64,000 nt of DNA from Felis catus (taxonomy: Eukaryota). Shown here piece after piece: positions 12,190 to 26,219 of the stretch. The stretch's first letter is position 1. Each line of letters starts with the position of its first letter. A model generated the notes under the pieces. The model was not told where the DNA came from and searched no databases. It saw only the letters and a list, made by a program, of their open reading frames with translations. Made by a program: the position numbers and the translations under genes. The stretch covers positions 125,676,001 to 125,740,000 of the forward strand of contig NC_058368.1 of the NCBI RefSeq assembly GCF_018350175.1. The letters run 5' to 3'.

Positions 12190-13500
12190 ATATAATAATT
12201 CCAAGGTCTATCCCTGTATTTCTTTAATTTGATAGTTGGTTTTAATGATGTTTAGATAAAAAAGATATATCAGAAAGATAGGAAGAACCAAACAGAATCT
12301 CTAAGGGCTATACTTAATTAAATCACAATCCTTACTTTTCAATTCTGTCAGTTACAAAGTTCTTCATTTGAATTCAGTTTGAAAATTTTCTTTGTCCCCA
12401 ATGTGAACAATTTGACAACAAACTGTTTTTGAACTCTGAATGGTATTCCATCTTTATATAAAACAAACAAAGTCAACACATTTCTTTGGAATATTTAAAA
12501 AATATTAAAACAATATTTTAATCGTTTTAGGTAGATATAAAAGCATGTATAACTAATATACTTGCAATATTTTTGGCACCAATATCATATAATAATTTTC
12601 AAATATTTAATCTTTCTCTGTTAGAAAATATGCTTTCTCTGTAGCATGTTTCTTTGAAAGCATCTAATTCCTTACTCATTATTTGAATGGCACTTTTATC
12701 TTAAAGTTAATTTAATTTTTAATTTTTTGATGTCTCTAGCATGTAATTGATAGCAAATTGTCATCACAAAGAAAGATAAAAAAATTCGAAACATTCGTCT
12801 TTTGACAAAATAAAATCAAACCAACTTTACATTTGAAAGCTCTCATAACTAACAATAATAGAAATGAATCTATATTTTTAATAGTCTTCTGTATATTTTA
12901 ATCTGACTCTGTTGGATCTTATTAATTTTTTAATGTTTATTCTTGAGAGAGAGAGAGAGAGAGAGAGAGAGTAGGGGAGGGGCAGAGAGAGAGGGAGACA
13001 CAGAGTCCGAAGCAGGCTCCAGACTCTGAGCTGTCAGCACAGAGCCCAACACAGGGCTCAAACTCACAAACTGCGAGATCATGACCTGAACCGAAGTCAG
13101 ACGCTTAACCAACTGAGCCACCCAGGTACACTGTTGGATCTTATTAGATTGTTGTTTTTATTTTATGATGTGGTAGATGAAGAGGTGGACCTAAAGATAC
13201 AGATATATCATCTTTGCCATTTTACTGTGTTCTTGTTTTATCAACATTGTTTTTTTTCTCAACCTGTGGTTTCTTATCAGGAATCTTTTTAAGGCACTTA
13301 TTGTATATTAAAAACAGATGACATAATTTATTAATCTACCTCAACAGGCACATGAATTGTGATATGTCTAATATAGTAGAAGTGGATCAAATGCATGTGA
13401 GTAGCATGTTAACTCTGTCACACTTTCTATAGGTGTGCTTGTACATACATCCATCGTATTATCTTTACATAAAAATAATATCAAAGCTTATTTTCGTATT
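12190..13500 (-). mobile_element. Possible ancient hAT (Blackjack-like) DNA transposon remnant, interrupted by a SINE
   Basis: Very AT-rich; broken minus-strand translation near 12760-12900 (YRRLLK, RFISIIV, FILSKDEC) loosely resembles a hAT transposase; not verified. Confidence 0.3.
12925..13130 (-). mobile_element. Can-SINE
   Basis: Perfect 16-bp TSD ctgttggatcttatta at 12909-12924 and 13131-13146. Confidence 0.96.
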
Positions 13501-16500
13501 CTTATAGAATAGAGTATATGAATAGAAATTTTAATTTTTTTACGTGCTTCAGCTATTGTTGTTCACCTCCTAGGTACTTACACCCTACTTTCCAGATTCC
13601 TCCTTAAAAGTTGGAACACCTTCAAAAAGAACAGCAGTTGCAGTAACTGGTTGATGATGAAAATCAGAGTCCATTGAGTTAATGAGAATCAGAGAAAGAG
13701 AAATGTGATGGAAGATTTTAGACCCTGTATGGCAGGAATGAATAGGAAATAGAAACTACATGGTTCTTAGAGAAAGCAAGATGTAGAAAATTCCTCCCCA
13801 TTGTAAGTGTAGGGATATTTCTGCATTTGAAGGTTGAGAGTAAAAAGAAAATGGTGTGTCTGGAATAATGAAGTATTGGGCAAGGAAGGGGAAAAAGAAG
13901 GTTGAATTAAGCTCAGTGGACCACAGGGCTTACCTTGCAAGACTCAGAAAAGCATGTTGGAGATGCAGACCAATAAAAAACAAACTCTCAGCTTTAATGA
14001 AAAGAAAAATATAAATATAAATTTCCTTTCTTCACATGGAATTATTGCTGGATAAAATTGCTATGGAGAATAGACACACAATGTCCTCCCTTTTGAGTAG
14101 GAAAATGGCATGAAGGAAGTAGTTTGGAGAAAGAATGATCTAGCAACAGGTAATCTGTAGGATAGTAGAATGAAAGTGAGAAACAAGGAGTTTGCTGTAG
14201 GTCAGAAAAAGTTATAAAACAAATAAACATGGTAGCAGGAGAAGAAATGATGAACATGGGAGATTTGGGCTGCAAGAGAGTGACTTTGGTGACTGATTAA
14301 TAGTTGGAAAAGTTTGATTAAATATGATTCTTATTTTGTGAGTTTTATTTAACCTCATTGTTCTAAGTATCTGATCTCAACTTAGCCTACCTGACAATGA
14401 ATTCTAGTGACACCCATGCCTAAGAGACTTTCAGAAATACATATTCCCAGATTCTAGTCTGGCTGGACTAGGAATATGTTGATTCACAAATTCTCATTTT
14501 TATTTTTCACTTTCACTATTCATTTCATTATTCATTTTTATTTCCAATGAATATCATTTGAAGGATGGTTTTTACCAGATGTCCTTTCAGTCTTATTCTA
14601 AATTCATCTATTTAATTTCCTCACGGATTTCCTATTTAATAGTATTAATGTTAATGGGTTGAATGAGACTTTATGTTAATGACACAAGGAAAGGAATCAT
14701 CTGTTTTCATGATTACAAACAAAGCATCCCAATTGTTGTCTAACAAAAGGAAGGGTCTCCTTTGCCACCAGGTAAGTAGCTGATCAGCAGAGCCCAATCC
14801 ATAATGTGGAGTATCTCTTTACCTTTTAGTAATTGATAGATTTTGAAATTTGTCCTTGACTTCAAGGACTATCATCAGAGTTTAAATGTGAACTTACACA
14901 TCATTTCTGTTGATATTTGGGGGATACATAGTGGCAGATGTTGGGAGAAAAACAGAATACGTATTAAACTTTCTGATTCTGCTCAGTTTTTCTAACTGCA
15001 CGACCATGATCTATTTATTAGAGTGATTAAAATACACCCATATCCAACTACATAGCTAAAAGCACAACACCTCTTAGCTGTGCAGATTTTTATTGTACAG
15101 AGTGGGAGGACAGTGCTTCTTTTAAAATACTTTCTTCTCTAAATTAATAATGACTTTATACTCAGCTTTAAACAAATTACAGTTTCAGAATTGCTAAAAG
15201 CTAGGTTTGGAAATCAGTCTCGTCTCTCTACCTGGCTTTCAACTCTTTACTTATTACAATTTGAATTCATTTTGGGTTCTGGTTCTTTCAAATTCTAATA
15301 GCCAAAGAATTAGACTTAAGAATCAAGTATCCTACATCCTAAATGTATTTTCACTAGTGATTTACTCAGTAACCTTGAAATACCACTTCAGCTCATTCGC
15401 CATATGGAATCTCCCTTCCTCTGTCAAATTTGTTAATGAGAATCGTTTCCACAGAACTCCTAGGAGATTTAGAGGATAAATGGAATTTGGATTGAAGTGA
15501 GAGATATATTTTTGCTGATAAATGTCTCTGTGTTGGCTTTGAGTATGTATCAAATATCATTTGCATAGAATTGCAATGAGCTAGTAGCCACTTGTATTCT
15601 GCTGGCTGGTTTTCTTTTCTTTTCTTTTTTAAAAAGTGTTTCTTTAAAAAAAGTGTTTCTAGCAGCCATACAAAATGAGATGTGGTTTTCTTTGAAGTGA
15701 GGAAAAGAATAAACATATAGATTACTAGCAGGCTTTTAAAGAATCTTTTGCTCTACTCCTGACATAATTTCTTATGGTTCTTATTCTTCCTGGGGTCAGA
15801 AATAAAAACTTTCATTTCATCCTGTCAGAGAATTTCTTGGGAACTGAAATAAAAGCAAATTTGCATCTCTTATCAGTGGGTCTTGTCATTTAGCTCTACA
15901 CATACTTAAGTTATCTGATGGCACTCTTATTTATGACTGTGGTTTGGCTTGTATTTGTGCAGATTTTTATGGGTTACCTTTTGTTTTTACTAGTTTTGAG
16001 ATTACTTTTAAAAATACATTGATGAAAAATTTGTGAAGATTGTTCCTCAGTGTATAGTTTTTAGCTTTTTTTAATTAAGTGAATTTAGAAACTATATCTC
16101 CAATATCTGGTTGGGGAATTTTGGAGTACACTTACTAGGGTAGAGAACTATCTCCAAATGTGAATCATGTCTCCTAGGATTTAAACATTTATCTCTAAAA
16201 ATACTAATTGGCACAATTAAAACCTTTTTCAAAGTCAAATCAAATCTGAAGGAGAAAAGCAAGAACTGACTTTGGTAACTGAATCTAAGGGAATAAGGCT
16301 CAGGACAATAGGCCAACAGGTTTGGTTCACTAAGTTAAAAAATTCCTTTGATATAATAACATTTACACTCAAATACACCCCATCAATCCTTCTTGTACAA
16401 TTATAGTTAATTATGAGACTGGGTTTTAACTGGATGTGCTCTTTCTGCGGGCCCCCTTCTTGTTACGGTCTTCAAATATCTGAATGTCTTAAATTTGTAT

Positions 16501-16847
16501 TACACCTTGGACATTGTATAACATTCAGTTGATACCTTGGCTGTTCTGCTCACAAGTATAAATTTACTGGTTATTTGCCAACTTCACAAGTCTTTCATTT
16601 TTACCATTAGTGCTTACATATTTAGTAAGCCACTCGTAATTCCTGTGCTTCTTTGTAATTAAGCTCTCTGACTGGACATGTTGGGTTAATAACCCATTGT
16701 TCCTCCTTATTTAGGCCTGTTTCAGATCTTCCTAAAACTGGTCCTATATACAATAACAATCAAAACAACCCTTGTATTCTAAAACTGATTGTATTTTTAA
16801 CTGATGGCATTTCTAAAACATAGTATTTCACACTTTCTCTTTTTCTT

Positions 16848-17056
16848 TTTTTTCAACGTTTATTTATTTTTGGGACAGAGAGAAACAGAGCATGAACGGG
16901 GGAGGGGCAGAGAGAGAGGGAGACACAGAATCGGAAACAGGCTCCAGGCTCTGAGCCATCAGCCCAGAGCCTGACGCGGGGCTCGAACTCACGGACCGCG
17001 AGATCGTGACCTGGCTGAAGTCGGACGCTTAACCGACTGCGCCACCCAGGCGCCCC
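16848..17056 (-). mobile_element. Very young Can-SINE (CpG-intact)
   Basis: Perfect 19-bp TSD cacactttctctttttctt at 16829-16847 and 17057-17075; CpGs retained. Confidence 0.97.
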
Positions 17057-20000
17057 CACACTTTCTCTTTTTCTTGTGAATGGACTCAGACTCTCACTAA
17101 CATTTATTATTTTTAAAAATATGTGTCAGGCACTGTAGTTGACACTGGCGTTCTAACAAAATCATGGCATGTGATCTGAAAAAAATTTAGTCAAGCATAC
17201 CCTACTTGGCTTTCTCTATCTCCAAGACGCATAGTAAAACATCTAGGCAATTTTTATATGCATAGCAGCTCAACAGAAGAAAGTTTTGTAGGAGAGTCCA
17301 ACATGTTATAATTTTAGCTTACTTTTGCTTTATTCTCCAGAGCCTTTATTTTGCAGGATGTAGGTGGAGTTAATGGGCTTGGTTAATAATTCCTGAAGGT
17401 TCTCCTTTGAAGGGGCATGCTTCACCCAAACCATAGGCTATATACTTAAAAGGCATAACTGGGGTTAGTCATAACTGTCAGGTCTGTACCCTCATTTGGG
17501 GGCATAGTCAGGGGCTCTTGAGAGATTGCTCAGAAATGCTGGATGGTACCCATCAGATCAATTTTATCGAGGAGAGCTGTTGCTGGGTGGGCTGTGGAGG
17601 TCTCATAAAAATTAGAGAGGATGGAATATTTCCTGGCCCTTTTAGAATGGATAAATAGTACTGATTCTAACACACAGGGCCCCAGCTAGACTGGTGCCAT
17701 AGGTATGTAATAAGTGTCAGGAGACAGCTACAACTTCACGAGTATACCTGGATATCACTGATTTTTCCCCACAACATCATTTGTGGAGTTTTTTAAGTGA
17801 GGTAAATCTGTGTGTCCTGAGATGTGGAATGAGGTCATCTTGACAGAGTGGCAGGCTGGACACCAAATATCAGCAGTCCCACCCTCTGCCAGACAGCACC
17901 CTACCTGGAGTAACAACATGAAGGAAAAGCTTCACAAAACTTTTGTATGTGTAACTCTTATGAAAAAAAAAATCTGGTGTTCAAAACACACCAGAAAATT
18001 CCAGTGTGTCTGACTCCTCAGCTTAAAGGAAGCTTCCCCTTCCCCAGATGGAAATAGCTGTATTTGTGTGACTTAAGTAGGATGAGATAGAAAGAATTAC
18101 CTATGCTATTTATTACTGCTGTGGTTTGAGAAAAGGGTAAACTGCATCCCACATCTGATGCAGCTGGATAGTCATGAAGCCTCAAATTGCCTCCAGATGA
18201 TGTAAGAATCCTTTCAACTTAACAATTCAAAACTAAGATTTTGTCTTTCCTCTTCCTTTGTCTTCAACATTTACCTCCATTGTTTTAAGTGACTGCTCGC
18301 AGCCTAGCCCCCTCCATGGGCCGGTTTTTCTGAATTCGAATCATGGTTCCCCTGTTTTCAGGGGAGCCCAATCTTAGATGCCAGGCTGGCTGGGGGAGGG
18401 GTACCTCAGTCCTGGTAGGGAACAGTAGTAGGAGATGAGGATTTCACAGTGCATTTTCTAGTATATTTTTGGAATTCCCTTGGTTTTCTAGGCCAGAGTA
18501 GGGCTATACCCTATCAGTCTCTATTCTTTCCTGGGCTAATTAGAGTTGAGCTCTCCCTATCAGAGAAAGTCTGCAGAACTGACTTTGCACTTTCTTCCAT
18601 AGTACATCATCACTGTTGCCACTTTTCTCCAGCTGATTTTTCTTCAGCTCAGTAATTAGCTATTTGTGTTTGCAGAGAATGGCTTGGGGATATTGAAATC
18701 AGAGAGATGGCCTTTGTCTATGTTCTGGAAAGACTGCCTTCCTGCTAGGTCAAAAACCAGGATGGAAAAAAATTGAGAAATTTTGACCTTGGTTTCGCAA
18801 AATTCAGATTTATCCTGAGCGTGTCACTTGTTTTTCTAAATATTAAAGCCACCTAGGCGTCCACTTTATATCTTCTTCTTTTACAACCTTCTTGCTTTGC
18901 TTATAAAATGAGAAATCCTATAAGTGTACAAATGATGTTATACTTGGGTAATAAATGGATGTTCTAGATGTATTCTGCTGGAGCATATTTATCATGCTGC
19001 TAACATCTGGAGTAGGTTAAAATACTCAGAACAGTCGTAGGTGGATTGTGTTATCAATTTTTCACTTATTGAAAATACTGCATTTGAATGTCATGTACTT
19101 TCCAAACTATAATTATTTGCTATGTCACATGTTACCAACGTGAGGAGTTTAGCCTGAGCAAACCTTTTCTCTTCGCTTCATTTGATCTTTCACAAAATAG
19201 AGATGATTTTGTAGACGGTTAAGTGAAGTAATGCTAGCCCAGTATCTGGACATAAAAGAATAAAAGTTAGGAGTAGAATGAAGAGAGATGAGGATTGCAG
19301 ACTCTGAGAAGGTGGAGAGATGGGCACGAGGAGAGGCTTTGTAGAAGAGATGCCTTTCTGTAGGATGCTGGGACTCAGTTGGGTCATGTCCAGAGGAAGA
19401 AGGGAATTGCATGCCAGAGAAATAGAACTCAGAAAGCCTGTTTAGTTTGGCTAAAAGATATTGAGGAATAAGCACTGAAAAGGGAAGTTGAAGCCAGATT
19501 GTGGAGGGCTGTTGACTCCAAACTAAGAAACGTGGACTTTAATTCAGATATGGTATTTGGTAAAACTACCACAAAGAGCTGGGTTAGACTCTTTTCCCTT
19601 TAGGGGCTGAACTGGCCCCAGAAGCAGTCTATCTCAGGGCACGCAGGGGTTATATGACATAGTAGTCTCACCCACAGTGATCCCGGTCTTCTGTCATCTC
19701 TTGCTCTGGAAGGAGTGCCAGGAACAGATATATTTCTTGCTGTCATTACCTATGGATGAGTTTTCACTGTGGGATGATGCTGAGCTAGAGGACTAGTCTA
19801 CACCATTTTCCTTAGGCCTCTTCAAACACTCAACCGTGTGAGTTGCTACACGAAGTACATCACCAAGCCCTGTTTGCAGAAGTGTCAGGTCCCTGCTGTG
19901 ATCCTCAAATAAACCTCCTCCATGACTACACACACAGTCACCACCTTTTGGTGATAATGTACACACTGTGAGTGGGCTTTGTGATATGATTTGCACTGAT

Positions 20001-20769
20001 GGAACATGGCAGCATATTAGGTTAGCAGCTTTATTGGAAGAAGATAAAAATCTAGACACAGGCTTTTACTAAAAGGCCATAAATCTCAGTGGTTTTAGCT
20101 TAGATTGATTTAAGGCTATAGTCCCACTTTGTTTCCATTTGATAAGAGCATGAATTCTTGTTGACCCTTCATGGTGAACACATGTTCTCTTCTAACAATC
20201 AGGGTGACATAAGCCCCAATGGGAGTAACATTTATTGTTCTAGAAAAGTTTTGGAAATCATAACAAAACTTTCCATGAATTAATCTAAGTTTCTAATTTA
20301 CAGACAGGGTATATTAGATGATATTGTCAGTCTCCCAGTTATGGGACAGTTATTCAGTGTTTCTTTTGGAGCTTGGTTGGCTATGGCTTTAAATGATATT
20401 GCAGACATCAAGCATTCTATTTTGAGGACTTTTTCCCTTTCTCTCATTGTTGGTTAACTTCTCTGTCAGTGTCAAGACTTGCTTGTGCCAGCCCCTAATG
20501 GACAGGATGATAATTTTTTGATGGCTTCCAGGCCCTCCATGATATAGCAAACTTTTATCAGATGTAGTTGCTAGGCTGAAGAGCTATAAGGTTAATGAAT
20601 ATATTTGACTTTCAACAAGTATTTCAGAGGAACTACTATGAGCCAGACACACTCAAGTCCTGAGCCATATTATAATGGACTTAGGAAATTTGGATTCCTT
20701 TTTAAAGTCAGACATCTGTATATGAGTATATTTTAAATATAATAATAGATTAGGAAGACATTTTAATCT

Positions 20770-21250
20770 TCCTAGGATGCCATTTGTCATTCTCTATGTT
20801 CCCATCCACCTCACCATCCAATCTTGCACCACTAGCCCGAGACTTTTCTTTCTCTATTCCTTAGATGTCTGTATTTCTTTCGATTCCCTGGAGATGCCAA
20901 GCAATCTTCTCCCACAGATCTTGTACATACAGTTTTTTCCCCTTCCTGAAATGTTATTTAACTACCCCAACTGTTCTTTCTACCAGCTTGTCACTACCCT
21001 GAATTCAGGTCTCTGCTTAATTGTGACTATTTTAGGGAGGAATTCCCTGATCTCCCAAGGCTCAGATCTCTTTGATTTACATTACCATAACTTTGTTTTA
21101 TGTACATTTTCTCCTTCAGAAAATAATAGACCTAAATAATGTTTTAGGTCTGTTTTCTGCATTAGACCATGATTTCCATGAGCGCAGGTGTTTTGATCAC
21201 TGTCACAGTTCTAGCACTTAGTACATTTCCAAAAGATATTTGATCATTGA
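20770..21250 (+). mobile_element. Decayed L2 fragment
   Basis: L2 3'-end-like wording (attagaccatgatttccatgag...ttctagcacttagtaca); approximate. Confidence 0.5.
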
Positions 21251-21770
21251 CTGGGAGATCATCTTGTTTCAAACTTCCTTCACACCAGAACTCTGAAGCA
21301 GAGATGATTAATGGCTTGCCCATGGAACACAGTTAGGAGCTGACTCAATATTAAATATTCAGAGCCCCAGTATTATGTCTACTGTATGAGCGAAAGCAGG
21401 AGGCCAGCTGAGTGGTTGGACATGCTTCTCTAGGTAGCAGAGGCAATAGAGGTTGTGTTCTGCATATCTGTTCTTGCCATCCAGCCAAGCTGAATTAAAC
21501 AAATATTGTGACATTTTCACATTTACAGAAAAGTTGTGAGAATAGTACAAAGAATCCTTACAAACTTTACCTAGATTTGCCAAATGTCCACATTTACCTA
21601 TTTATCTATCTTTTCATCAGTCCACCCATCTGTCTATCTATCTATCTACCATCTCTTCATCATCAGTCTGTCCATATATGCTTTTTTCCCCTGAACTATT
21701 CACCAGTAAGCTATATATATGATGTTTCCTTGCCCCCAATGACTTTAGCCTCATTTTATTAAAAAAGGAA

Positions 21771-21991
21771 GGGGCGCCTGGGTGGCGCAGTCGGTTAAGC
21801 GTCCGACTTCAGCCAGGTCACGATCTCGCGGTCTGTGAGTTCGACCCCCGCGTCAGGCTCTGGGCTGATGGCTCAGAGTCTGGAGCCTGTTTCCGATTCT
21901 GTGTCTCCCTCTCTCTCTGCCCCTCCCCTGTTCATGCTCTGTCTCTCTCTGTCCCAAAAATAAATAAATGTTGAAAAAAAATTAAAAAAAA
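21771..21991 (+). mobile_element. Very young Can-SINE (CpG-rich)
   Basis: ggggcgcctgggtggcgcagtcggttaagcgtccg head; TSD aaaaaaggaa at 21761-21770 and 21992-22001. Confidence 0.97.
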
Positions 21992-22967
21992 AAAAAAGGA
22001 AGAGCATTCTTTTACACAACCACAATTATGAAAATCAGGACATTAAACATGAATACATTACATAATCTGCAGTCCTTATTTAGGTTTTGCCAATTGTCCC
22101 AAGAATTTTTTTTCTTGCAAAAGAAACTACGGGATTATGTGTTGCATTTAGTTGTCACCTCTCTTAGCTCCTTTTAATCTGGAACAGTTTTTTAGTTTTC
22201 TAAAAAGTATAGGCCAAGTATTTAGCAGACTGTCCATCAATTTGTATTTGCTGATATTTCCTCCTGATTAGTTTGAGCTTATACGCTTTTGGCAGGAACA
22301 CCGCAGAAGCGATGGTTTGTTCTCAGTGCACCTGTCCAGAGTTGTTGATTTGTCCCATTATGGGCAATGTTAACTTTGATAACTCAATGTGCTGTCTGCC
22401 AAGTTTCTCTCTTGTAAAGTTATGGCTTTCCCTTTTGTAATTAATAAATATCTGTGGGGAGGTAATTTGAAACTATGTAAGTATCCTGTTACTCCTCAAA
22501 AATTCACTGTGAATTTTAGCACTTGCTGGAGGTTCTGGCCTGAATTAATTATTATTATGATTGCTAAATGGTGATTTTCTAATTTTCTAATTTCCTCCAT
22601 ATTTCTTAGCTGCATTTATACTCTAAAGATTTATTTTCTTCCATTAGTTTGTTTATAGCAGATGGTTTCATGGATTGTTGCTTTATTCAGTGGGTTTCAA
22701 TACTTTACTATTATCTATTTTGATGCCCCCAATTATCTCAGCTTTGGCAAGTAGGAGTCTTCCAGACTGGCTCCTGTATCTTTGTGGCATGTCCTTATGT
22801 TTCTCTTAGTTCATCTTTGTTTTCTGGAGCAACAAGATGCTTCCCGCTCATTTTGTCATCTCCCTGCCTCAGCCCTGAGACTAGCCTTTTATCTAAAGAG
22901 ATGTGCTCATTCCTACTGGAGCATAATCATTTCTAGATCCTTTCACACATTTATATCTATTTTTATA

Positions 22968-23043
22968 TCCTCCCTCTTCTCTCTCTCTTTCCTTTTTCCT
23001 CTCCTCTGCTCACCTCACCTCACCTCTCCTCACTTCTCCTCTC

Positions 23044-23086
<43 letters not shown>
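22968..23086. repeat. Polypyrimidine tract (CTCAC)n/(CTCTC)n/(CT)n
   Basis: Read directly. Confidence 0.9.
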
Positions 23087-23089
<3 letters not shown>

Positions 23090-23366
23090 TTATATAAAAA
23101 ACACATGAGTTTACACTGACACCTCCAATTTGAGTTCAATGCCACACAGGGTCCATTCTCCCTTTTTTTAATTTTAGCTTCATCCCTTTCTGTATCTGTA
23201 ACTTCCCTCACCAGCAGTGAGAAACATGCCTCCCATTATCCACAATATAATAACTTACTTTTCAATCCTAGAATATAAAAAAAATAATTTCAGAATTGCT
23301 AAACCTCTGCAAAAAAAGAATCCCAATAACTAGAACTCAATACTGGTTTAAAATTCTTTTTTTCTT

Positions 23367-23577
23367 GGGGCACTTGGGTGGCTCAGTTGGTAAAGTGTCT
23401 GACTTCAGGTCAGGTCATGATCTCATGGCTCTGAGTTCAAATCCCATATCAGGCTCTGTGCTGACAGCTCAGAGCCTGGAGCATGGTTGGGATTCTGTGT
23501 CTCCTCTCTCTCTGCCCCTCCCCTGCTCGTGCTCTGTCTCTCTCAAAAATAAACCAACATTTAAAAAAATTTTAATT
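23367..23577 (+). mobile_element. Can-SINE
   Basis: Head ggggcacttgggtggctcag; imperfect TSD aaaatt...tttctt on both sides. Confidence 0.93.
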
Positions 23578-23749
23578 AAAATTTTTTTCTTTAGTCTGAG
23601 GGCATATCATCTAAATCCTATATACAGAAATTACTTAGGTTAGTTCTATCCTCAATTCATTTGGTGTTGTCAGGTTATTCTTTTGAATTATGGTTCATTT
23701 TTGTTTATGCTCCATTTTAGAGTTTTTTTTTCTTTATCCTTCCTGATTT

Positions 23750-24815
23750 TCTTTTGTTTTTATTCTTTTTCCTTTTTGAGTATGTAAAACACTGATGTTG
23801 TTCCAAAAGTCAGAACTGTACAAAAAGGTATACCTGGTGAAGAGACATTGTCCACTGTGGACTTTCCTTCCCTACTTTCCACCCAATCCTCATGCATCTT
23901 GTTTAGGTAACCAACCACACGTGTGTCAGCTTTATCCTCCCTCTGTGGTTTCTTGCACATGTGATCAGATACCTTATTTGCTTATATTTCTTAACAAAAA
24001 GAGATCTCTCTTTTGCACTCTGCCTCATTTCACAGAGGCCTGTTTCCTTCTTTGGTAGAGGGCTTAGTGTTGCACTGTGTAGATATACCACTGCTTATTC
24101 AATGGGCCTCATTTGTTTGGGCCTGTTGCTTCCAGTATTCTGCACTAACAAATGATGCAACGAATATCTTTGTGCATAAGTATTTTCTGATTGTTGGAGG
24201 TATATCTGCACAATGAATTGCTTAAAAGTGGGAATTCTAGGGCGCCTGGGTGGCTCAGTCGGTTAAGCATCCAACTTCAGCTCAGGTTATGATCTCATGA
24301 TTCCTGAGTTCGAGCCCCAATCAGGCTCTTCACTGACAGTGCGTACAGCCTGCTTGAGATTCTCTTTCTCTGCCCCTCCCCTGCTTGTGCACTCTCTGTC
24401 TCTGTCTCTCAAAATAAATAAACATTTTTTTAAGTGGCAATTCTATATCCTAAGGGAATACATATGTAGTTTTGTTAGATATTGCCAAATACCCCTACCT
24501 AAGGGTAGTACCAATTTTCATTCTCACCAGCAGTATAGGAGAAGGCTCATTTCTCTGTAGCTTTGCCAACAGACTGTGTTGTTATATTTTTTAAGTTTTT
24601 GCCAATCAAAAAAGTGAGAAATTGCATCTCAGTGTAGCATGAGTGAGTTTGAACAAACTTTTCTATGTTTAAAGGTAAATTGTTTGCTTGTGTCTTTGCC
24701 CATTTTTCTGTTGGATTTTGTTCTCCTTTCCTAATTTTTAAAGTTTGTGTGTGTGGATATATTGGAGAAAATTACACTTTATCTGTGATTTAATTTGCAA
24801 ATATTTCTCCGGGTA
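23750..24815 (-). mobile_element. Ancient L1M fragment
   Basis: ccaattttcattctcaccagcagtat and tttgcaaatatttctcc ORF2-end motifs on minus. Confidence 0.65.
24240..24431 (+). mobile_element. Can-SINE
   Basis: TSD aagtgg(g/c)aattcta at 24226-24239 and 24432-24445. Confidence 0.94.
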
Positions 24816-24819
24816 GTTC

Positions 24820-25127
24820 TACCTCTCCACTAATACATAACACTGAACTGGGGGAATTAACCAATAAATTATACAAGAGAAATCAACAAGAGGCATAAAA
24901 TTAGAAAAGAAGTAAAATTATTTTTATTTGAAGATGGTATGATGATGTTTGCGGAAAACCCCCAGAGAATCTATGATTAAAACAAACTTAAAAATAAAAA
25001 TGACTCAAAAAATCAAGAATTAAGTAACATGTCAGGATATGAGGTTAACAAATTAAATCAGATCATAAAATGGTAGAGAAAATCCCCTTTACAATATCAA
25101 TCAAAAAGATAAAATATGTACCTAGGT
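24820..25127 (+). mobile_element. Ancient L1 ORF2 (RT-region) fragment, opposite in orientation to the adjacent L1M
   Basis: gaagtaaaattatttttatttgaagatggtatg corresponds to decayed [11 protein letters not shown]; ends near the IPFTI..KIKYLG equivalent. Confidence 0.65.
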
Positions 25128-26219
25128 GGAGTCATTGCTAAGGTCTCTTATCAAAATAAATCAACTTAGATATATTCTGTAATTTTTTTCCCAGTTTCAA
25201 TAATACATTAACTCCCTTTAGGAAACTTTAATCTGAAGGTTCTGGTTTATTTAAGAAATCTCAGTTTATTCCAGGAGGTATATTCTTTTCTCATAGAGAG
25301 ATAGCATACTCTAACTGGAGTTCACATATAACTGTAGATCAAAAGCTCCTAAGAGTCAGCGGGTCACAGAATCATAGTTCTAGGAAAAACTTTGTTTGTT
25401 GAAAAATTTCCCCTGTCAAAGACGGGGACTGAAAAAAAAGGGGGGTGGGAGAGCCTGGTTATTTGAGTAAGAAGAAGGGAGTTAGCAGAACTAATAGATT
25501 GTCATGGTCTAGACAGAAGGGATGGATTCTTGTCTCTGATGAAATTAGAGAGCAGTAAGGAAGTAGGGCAGAAACTGAGCCTGAAGACTTGGGCAGGGAG
25601 TTAATGTTGAAGAATCAAATAGGAAGCCACAAATGAGAGAGACTGTGGGTAGTTGGGAGGCTCACTGAGGATATATGGAAACTTGACCTTGGGCACAAGA
25701 ATAATTCTAAACCCCATAAACACTCAGAATTTCCAGATGTTGTTCTTGTGGGCTTCATGGTGGGGCTGAATCTGAAGATTGTAGGAGTTATAGGCCCAGA
25801 CCCTCTGATCGAAAAATGTCACTTATTTTTACCCTTAGGCAGAGGCATCAGAAAAAAGGAAATTGAGATAGAGCATGAACAGGATAAGGAATTGGCATTG
25901 GGGAAATGTTGGGTCTATTCATTTGGGTGAGGTCAGTTTCCTCTGAGCTGGTTAGGCAGATGAGTGCCTTCCTCAGGTCCCAACGAACAAGTTTTCAAGA
26001 GTAAGTAAATACCTTAGACAAAATCCCGTTTTTTAAATTTGAACTCCTTTTTCTTCCAGTTTTGCCATTTTCTTCAGTTGGGGCCAATGGAATAACAAAG
26101 TTTTCTCTTAAGTGAAGAGTTAGCTTGAGGTTTAAATATTGGTTTTTGTTCTTATATCCATATTAATGACCTATCACATTTCAAGACATAAAATTAACAT
26201 TGCTTTGGATTTTTTCTTT

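Larger units (their letters stand above)
21500..23340 (-). mobile_element. Ancient L1M (L1MC-like) 3' region, interrupted by a SINE and simple repeats
   Basis: tttacagaaaagttgtgagaatagtacaaagaa and tttggcaggaacaccgcagaag motifs typical of L1MC 3' ends. Confidence 0.6.
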
